Of a stretch of DNA of 64,000 nucleotides, positions 39,779-50,030 are shown one piece after another (within the stretch, counting starts at the first letter, position 1; every line of letters starts with the position of its first letter). This DNA is from Candidatus Eiseniibacteriota bacterium (lineage in GTDB: Bacteria; Eisenbacteria; RBG-16-71-46; CAVPCR01). The position numbers were made by a program, and so were the translations under genes. The notes below the pieces were generated by a model. The model had not been told where the DNA came from. It was given only the letters and a program-made list of their open reading frames with translations, and searched no databases. The stretch lies in assembly GCA_963823555.1 (NCBI GenBank), contig CAWGMA010000002.1:448001-512000 (forward strand), given 5' to 3'.

Positions 39779-40276
39779 TCACAGCTCGAGCTCCATGCAC
39801 AGCGCTCCCGCCACCGGGTTCGCCGTGTAGGGCGGGATCGGCCTGAAGCCGAGTGCGCGATAGAGCGCCACGGCCTCCGCCATCTGTGCCGGGATGGTGT
39901 CGAGTCGCATGCGCGCATACCCCGCGCCGCGCGCGGCGGTGATGGCGGCCGTGGCGAGGAGGCGCCCGAGGCCGCGGCCGCGAAAGGCGGGGCGCACATA
40001 GAGGCGCTTCATCTCGCAGCCGTCATCCCCGAGCGCTCGGAGCGCCACGCACCCGGCGAGATCGGTGGCCGGCGGCGGCACGGCGACGAGAATACAGCCA
40101 CCCGGTAGCGCATAGTCGCCGGGGAGCCCGGCGAGTTCCTGATCGAAGCCCTGGAAGCAGAGACTGAAGCCGAGCGAGCGGGCGTATTCGAGAAAGAGCT
40201 CGCGCACGGCGTCGATCTGATCGGCTGTGGCTTCGGACACTCTCGTCGGCACTCGATTGCCTGCTTCGACGGTCAC
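39779..40276 (-). CDS. GNAT family N-acetyltransferase
   Basis: 'LCFQGFDQELAGLPG', 'EMKRLYVRPAFRGRGLG'; GTGA overlap with the upstream gene. Confidence 0.9.
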   Translation of the reverse strand: MTVEAGNRVPTRVSEATADQIDAVRELFLEYARSLGFSLCFQGFDQELAGLPGDYALPGGCILVAVPPPATDLAGCVALRALGDDGCEMKRLYVRPAFRGRGLGRLLATAAITAARGAGYARMRLDTIPAQMAEAVALYRALGFRPIPPYTANPVAGALCMELEL

Positions 40277-41829
40277 GGGATCTTCACCAGCGGGATCGCA
40301 TCCGCATGGCGTCCGCCACGGGGGATCGCGTAGTAGATACCGGCGGGCACCCGGGTTCCGCGCTCGTTGCGCCCATCCCAGACCGCGCTCCTCTGGCCGC
40401 CGGCGCCGGGCCGCGCTTCGAGGCGACGCACGCTCCGGCCTTGCACATCCACGATATCCACGCAGCTCGGCCCGAGCGCCGGCCCGGCCACGATCGTCGT
40501 CGATTCCCGCATCGGGTTCGGTGTCGCGCGGAGGACCGCCGCGCCCGGCGCCGCCGGTTCCTCCTCGCCGATCGCCGTCGTGCCGGCCGGCAGGTGGATC
40601 CGGGTCCGGTAGATGCGTCCCAGGCCGGAGCGCGAACCCGCGCACCACACATCGACCGAGTCCGGGGATACCCGTGCCCAGTCGATTCCCTTCATCTCAC
40701 AGCCCGTGTCGATGTCGAGTTCCCAGGTCGTGCCGCCGTCGGTGGTGCTCCAGATGCCGCCCGACGCCGCGAAGTAGTTGCCGCCGACGGCGAAGCCGAG
40801 GGATTCGTTGAAGAAGAGGAGCGAGCGGATCGGGTAGGGTGGATTGAGGATGCGGCCGCTCCAGGTCTGGCCGCCATCGGTCGTCCGGTGGACCCAGCCC
40901 TGGACCGGTGCCGAGATCTGCCCGCCCCCGGTCCAGCCGTGCTGGGTGTCGGGGAAGCTGACTCCACCGTCGAAGACGGGGTCGATGCTCGGGCGGCAGG
41001 AGTAGCTGGCGCCGCCGTCCGTCGACTCGCAGAAGCTGATGCCGGTCAGGTAGACCTGGAGGTCCGGCCGGAAGGTGAAGTTCCCGGCGAACCAGCCTTG
41101 ACCCGGATCGGCAAGAACCTGCGTCCAGTCGCCGGGATTGGCGCCGCCATTCACGGTATTGAACGTGATACCGCCGCCGATGCGGGTGGTGACGCCATGG
41201 CTGCGGTCCGCGAACTGATTGATCGTGAGCCAGCCTCCGGGATCGATGACGAGATCGGCGGTCCAGGTGGCGCCTCCGTCGGAGGACCAGCGGGCGATGC
41301 CCTCTCCGGTCTGGTTCTGGAACCCCGTGATGAAGACCGTATCCGGGCTCATGGCGTGCACCCCGTACCAGTACCGCGGGAACCCGAGATTCAGGACGGG
41401 CTGCCAGGTGGCGCCGTCGGCCGTCTTGTAGACGCGCCCGAGCTCGGCGGCGGCGAAGCCGTGCGTGGCGTCCGCCATCGAGAGATCGACGAAGACGGCG
41501 TCGCTCTGATGCTGGAGCACCCACCCGTTCCGGGCAGGGACGGGGTCGGGCGGGCGCGAGGCGGGAGCGGCCCCCGCGGCGGCCTCGCGGGCGGGACCCG
41601 CCGGGACCCCGGCGAGCCACCGCGGGCCACTCCGCGGGATGAGCTCGATCACCGGGCCCCGATCGCCGGCGGTGACGGCCTGAACCCGGGTCGCGGGGAG
41701 CGAAGGCTCGGTGGGGCCCGACTCGAGGGCGGGGAGGGTGCTCGGTAGGATCCCGGTCAGGATGGCCAGGGTCGAGGCGAGGATGGTGGCGGGAGACCGG
41801 ATGGGGCGACTCAAGAGGGGGCGCGGCAT
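40273..41829 (-). CDS. Secreted YCF48/BNR (Asp-box) beta-propeller with FlgD-Ig CTD
   Basis: Repeated T/S-x-DGG-x-TW; CTD 'PNPMR...WDGRNERG'. Confidence 0.85.
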   Translation of the reverse strand: MPRPLLSRPIRSPATILASTLAILTGILPSTLPALESGPTEPSLPATRVQAVTAGDRGPVIELIPRSGPRWLAGVPAGPAREAAAGAAPASRPPDPVPARNGWVLQHQSDAVFVDLSMADATHGFAAAELGRVYKTADGATWQPVLNLGFPRYWYGVHAMSPDTVFITGFQNQTGEGIARWSSDGGATWTADLVIDPGGWLTINQFADRSHGVTTRIGGGITFNTVNGGANPGDWTQVLADPGQGWFAGNFTFRPDLQVYLTGISFCESTDGGASYSCRPSIDPVFDGGVSFPDTQHGWTGGGQISAPVQGWVHRTTDGGQTWSGRILNPPYPIRSLLFFNESLGFAVGGNYFAASGGIWSTTDGGTTWELDIDTGCEMKGIDWARVSPDSVDVWCAGSRSGLGRIYRTRIHLPAGTTAIGEEEPAAPGAAVLRATPNPMRESTTIVAGPALGPSCVDIVDVQGRSVRRLEARPGAGGQRSAVWDGRNERGTRVPAGIYYAIPRGGRHADAIPLVKIP

Positions 41830-42153
41830 GTTCTTTCCTCCCATCGACAGGTCCGGGATACCTGCCGCATCCATGGCATTTTACCCGGCCGCGCCGGGGA
41901 CGGGCCTGCGCTTTTTCGCGGTCCCCGATCCGGCCGCTCCCCCCACCGATCTCTGTCGAATCTTCGCCTTGGAAAGCCATATCCGAAAGAAGATGATGCA
42001 GGAGCCGAACGAACCGCACCTGGCGGGAATGCGCGGCCGGACTGGCCGCCAAGGCTGCGGCAGCCCATCGGATCCGTGCTCGAGGGAGCCGTTTCCGCTT
42101 CATGCGCTGATAACCTGACGTCACAACCCAACCATCGGTGAGGACAAGGAGAA

Positions 42154-42753
42154 ATGGCGAATATCGTTGGTCAGAAGGCACCTGAGTTCGAAACCACGGC
42201 TGTTGTCAACGGCGAGTTCAAGCCCTTCAAGCTGTCGGATCACAAGGGCAAGTGGGTCCTCCTCTTCTACTATCCGCTCGATTTTACCTTCGTCTGTCCG
42301 ACCGAGTTGCTCGCGCTCTCGCAGCACTACGATGAGTTCAAGAAGCTGGGTGTCGAGATCGTCGGCTGCTCGGTGGATTCCAAGTTCTCGCACCTGAACT
42401 GGACGCGGCAGGAGATCGCTGAAGGCGGGATCAAGGGGCTCCGCTACCCGCTCATCGAGGACCTCGGCGGCAAGATCGCCGAGATGTACAACGTGTTGCA
42501 CGGGCCGGTGGCGCTCCGCGCCATGTTCCTCATCGATCCCAACGGGGTCGTCCAGCACTCGACGATCAACAACCTGTCGGTGGGTCGTTCGGTCCAGGAA
42601 ACGCTGCGCGTCATCCAGGCCTTCCAGTTCGTCGCCGCCCATGGCGATCAGGTCTGTCCGATGGACTGGACGCCCGGTGCGGCGACCATGGGTGCCAGCG
42701 ACAAGGGCAAGAAGGAGTACTTCTCCAAGTACGAGAAGGTCGGCGCCCGCTAG
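42154..42753 (+). CDS. ahpC: 2-Cys peroxiredoxin (AhpC/Prx1)
   Basis: 'YPLDFTFVCPTE', 'GRSVQE', 'VCP.DW'. Confidence 0.95.
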   Translation: MANIVGQKAPEFETTAVVNGEFKPFKLSDHKGKWVLLFYYPLDFTFVCPTELLALSQHYDEFKKLGVEIVGCSVDSKFSHLNWTRQEIAEGGIKGLRYPLIEDLGGKIAEMYNVLHGPVALRAMFLIDPNGVVQHSTINNLSVGRSVQETLRVIQAFQFVAAHGDQVCPMDWTPGAATMGASDKGKKEYFSKYEKVGAR

Positions 42754-42790
42754 GCCCGATCAAGAGGAGCGATCAGCAGGAGCGAAAGCA

Positions 42791-42826
42791 GGAGCCGGCA
42801 GCCCGGGAGGGTCGCCGGCTCCTTCG
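42791..42826. terminator. Stem-loop between convergent genes (likely terminator)
   Basis: GGAGCCGGC...GCCGGCTCC inverted repeat. Confidence 0.6.
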
Positions 42827-42841
42827 TGCTCTCGCTGCAGC

Positions 42842-44938
42842 TCAAGGGCCTTCGGTCCGGTCCAGGAGCGCCGTGACCCGCTGATTTCGGGGGTTGAGCT
42901 CGCGGGCCTGGAAGAGGAGTGCTCGGGCGTCCGCCACTCGATCCTGCTCGAGCCGCACGCGGGCGAGATCGAAGAGGAGGGTCTCGTCATACGGTCGCAG
43001 GGCGAGTCCGGCTGTGAACTGCGCCTCCGCTTCATCCAGCCTTCCTGCCTGAAGCAGCCAGCGACCGTAGTTGCGCCGCGCCTCCGGAATCTCGGGAGCG
43101 AGCGCCACGGCCCGAGCGAAACCGGTGCCGGCCTCCATATCGCGTCCCAGCTTCATGAAGGCGATCGCCCGGTTCATGTGCCCCATGGGCTCGCGCGGCG
43201 CGATCGTGAGCATTCTCTGATAGTGCTCGAGCGCGTTCGCCGCATCTCCACGGTCCAGGTACTCGCCAGCCGTCTCATCCTCATGGCGAACGGCTCGCTT
43301 GCGGATCGCTTCGCCGCCGGTGGCGGCGAGAAGCAGGACAACCGCGGCGATCAAGACTCGCCGCGCTCTCGGGCTCAGCGCCATCTCCTTGAACTCGAGC
43401 GCGACGAGCCACGCCGGAACGAGTACATAGGGCGCGATCTTGAGCGCATGCAGCATCGGGGTGGCGAGCAGCAGAGGATCGTCGTACTCCGGTAGGAGGA
43501 AGGCGATGGCCGTGGCCCCGGCCATCCCGGCGGCCGCCAGACGGTGCCGCCGGGCGAGGAGTGGCAACAGCATGAGCTGGACTATCGCGTAGTAGCTGAA
43601 CCAAGTCTGGACCAGCCAGCCGGTCGCGGCCAGGAGGAGAAGCGCCCGGCGAGGCAATGCCGTCGCGAAATCAGTGTCGCTGCGTTGCAGGAAGAGCAGA
43701 GCCAGGAAGAACAAGGCCGCAGCTGGCAGCAAGACGAGCAGGGGAGAGCTGTAGATGCCGGCGATCATCAACAGCTGACTGAGACTCACGCTGTTGAGCA
43801 GGTAACCTTTGGTCTGGAACTGGGCGAAGATCTTCTCGGAGAATTCGAGCCACGACCTTCCGCTGAGGAGGGCGAGACTTGCGAGAACAACGACACCTAG
43901 CCCGCACCAGACAAGAAGACGGCACGACCAGCGGGCGGCGGGTGATTCGCCCGGCCTGCGCTTCCGCACCCATGCAGTTCGCAGCAGCCGGCAGCCAGCG
44001 GGGAGGGCGAGGATGAATGGAAAGAGCTTGATGAGCCCGGCCCAGGCGATGGCGACCCCGGCGGCCGGCGCGTGCCGCCGCCGCATGGCGAGCAAGGCCA
44101 TCGCCACCGGCAGCCACATCCCGGCAAAGATGAGCCCGGGCAACGCCCAGCCGACGAAGTCCCACGAGGCAAAGAGCAGGGCGGAGATGGCCAGGCGCCC
44201 GTTCGTGTCCAGACCTAGAGCGAGCCCCGTTGCCCAGGCCATGACAAGCGCCGCGAGGATCTGCCAGCCCAGGTTTAGCCATGCCGTCTCGCGGCCGAAA
44301 GGTCGATGCAGGGTGGGGTCGATCCGGCGCACGAGCGCGTAGAGCGGGGAGCCGTTGAAGCCGTAGTCCCAGGTGATGTTGCGGCCTTCGGCCCTGATGT
44401 TCTCCTCTGCCCTCTCTATGATCAGTGCTCGGTGCACATCACCGCGAAACTCATCGATCTGATCGGCGCGTAGGTTCTCGCGCAGGATTCGCTCGGCCTC
44501 ATCGCGCAGGGCTCCGCTCTCGTCGGCGCGCCGTCTCAACTCCGCCAGCGGAGCGAGCGGGTCGAAATCGCCGCCTCGATCGCGCAGGAGGCCGATGTAG
44601 TAGGCACGCTGAGCACGCGGATCCTCGCGCACGACCGCCGGCGGGTGGTCGAGATCCCGCATCCCGACTTGGGGACGCTCCAGTGAAGCGTTGATCAACT
44701 GGTAGAGACTGCTATACGGGAACGAGTACTTGGCGCCGAGGTAGTAGTGAACGACGTTGATATTGACCAGATTCCTCGGCATGAGGCTGATGGCGAGCGC
44801 GTTGGCGAGGCCGAGGACGAGCAGCGCAAGCCAGGCCAGGCGCGCCAGGCGGGGCCTGGGCCGGAGGGCCAGGAGAGCCCCGCCCGCGGCCATGAGCGCC
44901 GCGCAGACGGCACGGTCATCGAGCGACCAGGCAAGCAT
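42842..44938 (-). CDS. Multi-TM protein, GT-C/GT87-like, with C-terminal TPRs
   Basis: About 10 or more TM helices, 'AGLIKLFP' motif, about 4 TPRs; starts 31 bp after the 42-heme gene. Confidence 0.65.
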   Translation of the reverse strand: MLAWSLDDRAVCAALMAAGGALLALRPRPRLARLAWLALLVLGLANALAISLMPRNLVNINVVHYYLGAKYSFPYSSLYQLINASLERPQVGMRDLDHPPAVVREDPRAQRAYYIGLLRDRGGDFDPLAPLAELRRRADESGALRDEAERILRENLRADQIDEFRGDVHRALIIERAEENIRAEGRNITWDYGFNGSPLYALVRRIDPTLHRPFGRETAWLNLGWQILAALVMAWATGLALGLDTNGRLAISALLFASWDFVGWALPGLIFAGMWLPVAMALLAMRRRHAPAAGVAIAWAGLIKLFPFILALPAGCRLLRTAWVRKRRPGESPAARWSCRLLVWCGLGVVVLASLALLSGRSWLEFSEKIFAQFQTKGYLLNSVSLSQLLMIAGIYSSPLLVLLPAAALFFLALLFLQRSDTDFATALPRRALLLLAATGWLVQTWFSYYAIVQLMLLPLLARRHRLAAAGMAGATAIAFLLPEYDDPLLLATPMLHALKIAPYVLVPAWLVALEFKEMALSPRARRVLIAAVVLLLAATGGEAIRKRAVRHEDETAGEYLDRGDAANALEHYQRMLTIAPREPMGHMNRAIAFMKLGRDMEAGTGFARAVALAPEIPEARRNYGRWLLQAGRLDEAEAQFTAGLALRPYDETLLFDLARVRLEQDRVADARALLFQARELNPRNQRVTALLDRTEGP

Positions 44939-44968
44939 GTTCGAACCCCCGCGGCGCGGGGCCGGCCG

Positions 44969-47900
44969 TTACTGCGTCCCTCCGGGCTTCGCCGGCGCCT
45001 GGGTCGCGGTCGGCTTGACCTCGGGCGGCTGGGTCAGCGCCTTCCGCGGCTTCTTGACCTCCATGTCGGGTCCGGTGTGGCACTGCACGCAGAGCGTCCG
45101 GGCCTTGCCGTGGGTCAAGAGCTGCGGGATGTCGCCCGAATGCGGGTTGTGACAGGACGAACAGGTGATCGGGTCTCCCGTCCGCGGGTCGAGGTCAGGA
45201 CCCGTGAAGGGATGCGAGTGCTTCTCCGCCGGGTTGTGGCAGGTCGAGCACAGGTTCTCCTGCGAGTCGACGAGGATCCCCTTGGTCTCGCTCCCGTGCG
45301 GGTTGTGGCAGTTGAGGCACTCCGTCATGCCTGGATGCTGCACCTTGCCCGTGAAGAGCTTCCGGTCGTGACAGGAGAGACATGTCTGCTGAACGTCCTC
45401 GCCCGAGAGGAGCTTGGCCGTTCGCGCCACGTGCGGTGAATGGCACGAAACGCACGCCTCCTGGGTCTTGAGCGGGGCATGAACGACCGCCTTCTCGGCG
45501 TCCTTGGCGTGGTCGTCGTGGCAGGCGGCGCAGAGGGCGATGCCCTCGGCCACGAGCCCGGTCTTCCCGGCGTGGCACGACTCGCAGCTCCCTTCGGCGT
45601 AGGGGGCATGCGCGTTGGCGAGCATGAGCCCCTTCTTCCCGGAGCCGTGCGGATCGTGGCACGAGGTGCAGTCGCCGGATCCGGCCTGGTAGCCGCGATG
45701 GGCCGTCGTGAAGGCTGAGGTCTTCGTGTCGTGGCACTTGGCGCAGCCCTCGCGGATCGAGGTGGCGAGGAGCCCCTTCACCGCGCCGACATGGGGTTCG
45801 TGGCAGGTCGTGCACTCGCCCGCGCGCGCCGGCTGATGGGCGTTGGCGCCACTGGCGCGCTCGGTGACATCCTTGTGGCAGTCGGCGCACAGGCCGGGAA
45901 CCGCCTTGGCGAGGAGGCCGGGCATGATGCCGTCGTGCCCGCCATGGCAGGTGCGACACTCGCCATCGCGCACGGGAGAGTGCACGAGATCGGGCTCGGC
46001 GGTCGCCACTTGCGTCACGACATCGCCATGGCAGCCGGCGCAGAGCCCCGGAGTCGCCTCCTTCAGGAGCTTCTCGGTGCCCGTGGCGTGAGCGTTGTGA
46101 CAGCTCGAGCATTCGCCCATCTCGACCGGGGCGTGCAGCGTGCGCCCCGCCGGCTTCTCGATCGCCCCATGGCAGGAGCCGCAGAGCTCCGCCTCGACGG
46201 AGACGAGCTGCGGCTTCATGCCGGCGACCGCTGGCTTGTGGCAGGTCGAGCAATCCCCTTCGGCGAAGGGTGCGTGCTCGGCGAACTGGATGAGGCCGCG
46301 CTTGTCGCTGCGGTGCGGGTCGTGACACCCGGTGCAGGAACCGTCCTCGACCACGAACTCGCGGTGTGCCTTCTTGAGCTCGCCCGAGCTCGGATCGTGG
46401 CAGGAAGAGCACGCCGCCGCGAGGCGGATCTTGCCGTCCGCGTCCTTGGTCTTGTGGCCGTCGTGGCAGGTCAGGCACTGGCCTTGCTTCACCGGTTCAT
46501 GGACCACGCCGACCGCGACGCTGTCGCGCATCGCCGTGTGGCAGGAGAAGCAGAGGTCGGAGCCCGTCTTTTGCAGCAGGCCTTTCGCGCTCTCCGACGC
46601 GTGCGGGCTGTGGCAGGAGCTGCACTGGCCGGCGGCGAGAGGTTCGTGCATCTCCGCCGTGGTCACGTTGGCGGCGACATCGCCATGACAGCTTCCACAG
46701 AGCTCACCTTGATTCGCCGTCAGGAGCTGCTTCTCGGTTCCGGCGTGCGGCAGGTGGCACGTCGCACAGCCCTCGGTGAAGGGTGGATGTTGAGCGGCGA
46801 GCTGTCGCTCATCGAGCTGCGCCGGGTGGCATCCGATGCACATCCGGAGCTCGGTGGTGCGGAGAAGACCGGCGTTGGCCGCCCCGTGGGCGTCGTGGCA
46901 CATGTTGCACTGCCCCGCATAGAAGGGCAGGTGGACGACCGGTTGCTCGAGCTGGGTTGCGACCTCGCCGTGACAGGTGCCGCAGGTCTCATCGAGCGTC
47001 GCCTTCATGAGGAAGGGCTCGCTGCTCGCATGGGCGCCGTGGCAGGCGTCGCAGTCGCCCTCCATGGGCGGGTGCTTGACTGCAGCAGCCGCGACCGCAT
47101 CGGTGACACCGGTGTGGCAGGACCGGCAAAGGGCCTCGACCGGCTGCCGGAGCATGGCTGCGCCACCACCATGGGCGCCGTGGCACTGGTCGCACCGGAA
47201 CTCCTTGAGCGGCGCGTGCACGGAGGTCTGCGCCAGCTGATCCCGGATCCCGCCGTGACAGGCGAGACAGAGCTCCTCGCCGCTCCCGCGCAGGAGCCCT
47301 GGCCGCTCCGCGTTGTGCGGCGAGTGGCACTGGAGGCATTCACCGGCGGCCGCCGGCGGATGCCCTCCCGCCGCCATCGCCACGTCCTTCACGTCCGAGT
47401 GACAGGTGAGGCAGAGCTCCTCGCGTGAAGCGACGAGCGCCTCCGGGTTCGCCGGGAGCCCCGAGTGACAGGTCGCGCACTCGCCCTGGGCGTAGGGCGC
47501 GTGGACATAGGAGCTGCCTTCCTCCGCACTGCCGGCGTGCGGATCGTGGCAGGATGAGCAGGATGCGCCCGCCACTTCAGGTCGAGCATGGAGTTCCGGC
47601 AGCTCCGTCGCTTGACCGTGGCAGCGGGCGCAAATCTCCTTCTCGGGGGCGAGAAGCAGCTTCGGCGGCCGGGGCGTCATGGGGCGCATGGCAGGCGGCG
47701 CAGTTTCCCTCGGCGAAGGGCGGGTGCTGCTTCTCGGCCTTGAGCGCGGCACCGATCTTGGTGTGGCAGGCGGCGCAGGCCTCCGCGGTGCTCGCTCCCC
47801 GCATCAGCCCCTTCACGTCCGAGGCATGCGAGTCGTGGCAGGAGGCGCAGCTCACCCCCTCGATCTCGAGATGCTGGGAGACGGCTCCCGGCGTGGCCAC

Positions 47901-48188
47901 CACGTCGCCATGACAATCGGTGCAGAGCTGGGGGAAGTCCTTCTGCAACGTGAGCTTCTGCTCGAATCCGTGACGCTTGTGGCAGGACTCGCAGTCCTCC
48001 TTCTTCACCGGGTCGTGCACGATCTTCTTGTTGTAGGCCTCGCGGGCATCCTTGTGGCATTCGTAGCAGGGCCGCCCGGCCGCCTGTGCGTCCCGATCCC
48101 CAACCATCAAGAGGAGACCGGCGGCGACGAGTGCCCACAGAATGCACGCGGCTCCGGAACCCACGACGCCACGGGCGCGCGCGATCAT
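44969..48188 (-). CDS. Giant multiheme cytochrome c, 42 CxxCH (paired-CxxCH type; frameshift at ~47672)
   Basis: Signal peptide plus 6 CxxCH in ORF 47577-48509 (ATG 48188) and 36 CxxCH in ORF 44969-47752; repeating 'H-x-P...CxxCHxxH...CxxCH' units. Confidence 0.92.
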
Positions 48189-48742
48189 CACTTTTCCTCC
48201 TTCGTGACAGTGGGGGGCACGGAGGGGGAGTCCGCCTTGTAACCGTTCACCTCCTTGAGCTGGAAGCTCCAGAAGGAATTCGGGGAGAAGTGGGGCGGGA
48301 AGTTCTGGAATGCCCAGGTCGAATCCACCGCCCCCGAGTCCCCATAGACATAGATGTGTACGGCCGGGTTGTTGAGCGCGCTCGAGGCGCTCAGGAACTG
48401 GCCTTGATCGATGATGAAATCGGGAAGGAAGCGCGTGACCCTGGCGCTGAACTCGGTATCTCCGATGTAGAAGGTCTCGTTCAGGTGAACCCGGTTCTCC
48501 TCGCGCCACTCGGGATAGAGCCGGCTGCCGGTCACGATCGAGAACGTGACGCTCGTATCGACCTCACCCCCGGCCGCGCGCACGGCGTCGGGAGCGGGGA
48601 CCATCGTCGAGTCGGCGAGGATGGCTGTCTCCTCCGCGGCCGGGGCGACCGGTCCGGGAAGCGAGTGGGGTGGGGTTTGCGCTCGCCCGGCCCAGCCCCA
48701 GAGGACGAGGAGCAAGCTCGCGCCGAGGGTCCAGGTCTTCAT
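48188..48742 (-). CDS. Periplasmic hypothetical protein (DUF2155-like)
   Basis: Signal peptide; 'FLPDF...S.S...NPAV.I.V...W.F.NFP'; stop overlaps the next start codon. Confidence 0.65.
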   Translation of the reverse strand: MKTWTLGASLLLVLWGWAGRAQTPPHSLPGPVAPAAEETAILADSTMVPAPDAVRAAGGEVDTSVTFSIVTGSRLYPEWREENRVHLNETFYIGDTEFSARVTRFLPDFIIDQGQFLSASSALNNPAVHIYVYGDSGAVDSTWAFQNFPPHFSPNSFWSFQLKEVNGYKADSPSVPPTVTKEEK

Positions 48743-48746
48743 GCCT

Positions 48747-49387
48747 TCACTCCGTGCTTCCTGTGGTCTGGGGGGTGGCGCCACGTCCGGCCCCCCCGGT
48801 GGTGGGGAAGGTCTCGAGCATCTCCTGCACGGCGATCGTCGCCATCTGCTCGAGGCTCTGCACGCGGCCGAAACCGAAGACCGACTCGCCATCGCCCCCG
48901 TCACGGCTGTGCACCGCGCTCCACAGCACGCGCCCGCCTGGGGTCTCGAGCAAGCGGAGCGAGAGCGAGATCTGGGGGATCATCTCCCCCTCGAACTGCC
49001 GGGTCGTGTAGCCGGTCAGCGATCCCACCATGATCGCGTTGGCGCCGAGCTCCTGCCCGACCGAGTCCACGAGGTCGGGGAGGCGATCGAGCATGAGCCA
49101 TGGCTCCTTGGCGAGCGCGGCCTGTCCACCTCGCCCTGATCCACGATCTGAACCCCCGGCTTCTGCGCCAGCTCGACCGTCAGGATCGGCAGCACGCGAT
49201 CGGCGGCATCGCGGTTCGAGGTGTAGTTGGCGAGGGGCAGGATGGCGATGCGCCAGGTTCCGGCCAGCGGCTGGGCGATGTAGACCTGTGGTTTGGGCCC
49301 GCATCCCGCCAGCGAGGCGAGAAGGCGAGCTGCGACCACCGCCAGGGCGGCAAGCGAAACTCGATGCGACCGATCGTGCGCTCTCAT
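48747..49387 (-). CDS. Lipoprotein, CsgG/TolB-N/GNA1162-like (frameshift at ~49125)
   Basis: Lipobox LAGC; 'IAILPLAN'; 'LSLRLLETPGGRVLW'; split between ORFs 49016-49933 and 48747-49304. Confidence 0.75.
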
Positions 49388-49388
49388 G

Positions 49389-50000
49389 TCACTGTCCCTG
49401 CGGCAAGGTTGACAGGATATCCCGCGACATGTCCGCGGTGAGCTCGCCCATGGTGTGCACCTCGCCGAAACCGAAGATGGGGAAGCCCGGTCCGCCACGC
49501 CGGGTCCGGCTCCCGGTCCACACGATGCGACCGGATGCGGTGTCCACCAGCCGCACCTCGAGCGAGAGCAGGGGGTAGCTGTCGCGTCCCACTCGCTCCA
49601 TCGTGTAGTCCCGCACCGCGCCCATGAAGACGCCCTGGACTCCCATCTCCTCGCCGAGCCGCGCGAGCTCCTCGCTCGACCAGGGGTTCGTGACCGGAGT
49701 GCCGCCCCGCAGCGCGAACATGGAGGCGACGAGCTGACCCGGTTCGACGACCTGGGCGAACCCCCTGCGCAGGAGCTCCGTGAAGAAGACGTCCGCGACC
49801 TTCTGCCCGGCGAGCTGATCCTGGGCCAGGGAGTTGAACGGGGCAACGGCCACCCGCTCGTAGTAACCGAGATCGGCCTCTTCATCCACGAAGTGGGCGG
49901 GCCCCGCACAGGCGGAGACGAGAAGGGCCACACAGAATACGGCGCCTATCCCCCTCAGCGACTCCACCCGGCGAGCTCTGTCTGTCCTCTTTGTCTTCAT
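49389..50000 (-). CDS. Lipoprotein, CsgG/TolB-N/GNA1162-like
   Basis: Lipobox VSAC; 'VAVAPFN'; 'LEVRLVDTASGRIVW'; paralog of the next gene. Confidence 0.8.
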   Translation of the reverse strand: MKTKRTDRARRVESLRGIGAVFCVALLVSACAGPAHFVDEEADLGYYERVAVAPFNSLAQDQLAGQKVADVFFTELLRRGFAQVVEPGQLVASMFALRGGTPVTNPWSSEELARLGEEMGVQGVFMGAVRDYTMERVGRDSYPLLSLEVRLVDTASGRIVWTGSRTRRGGPGFPIFGFGEVHTMGELTADMSRDILSTLPQGQ

Positions 50001-50030
50001 ACGTTTCTCGCTTCGTTCGCCCGTTCGAAC

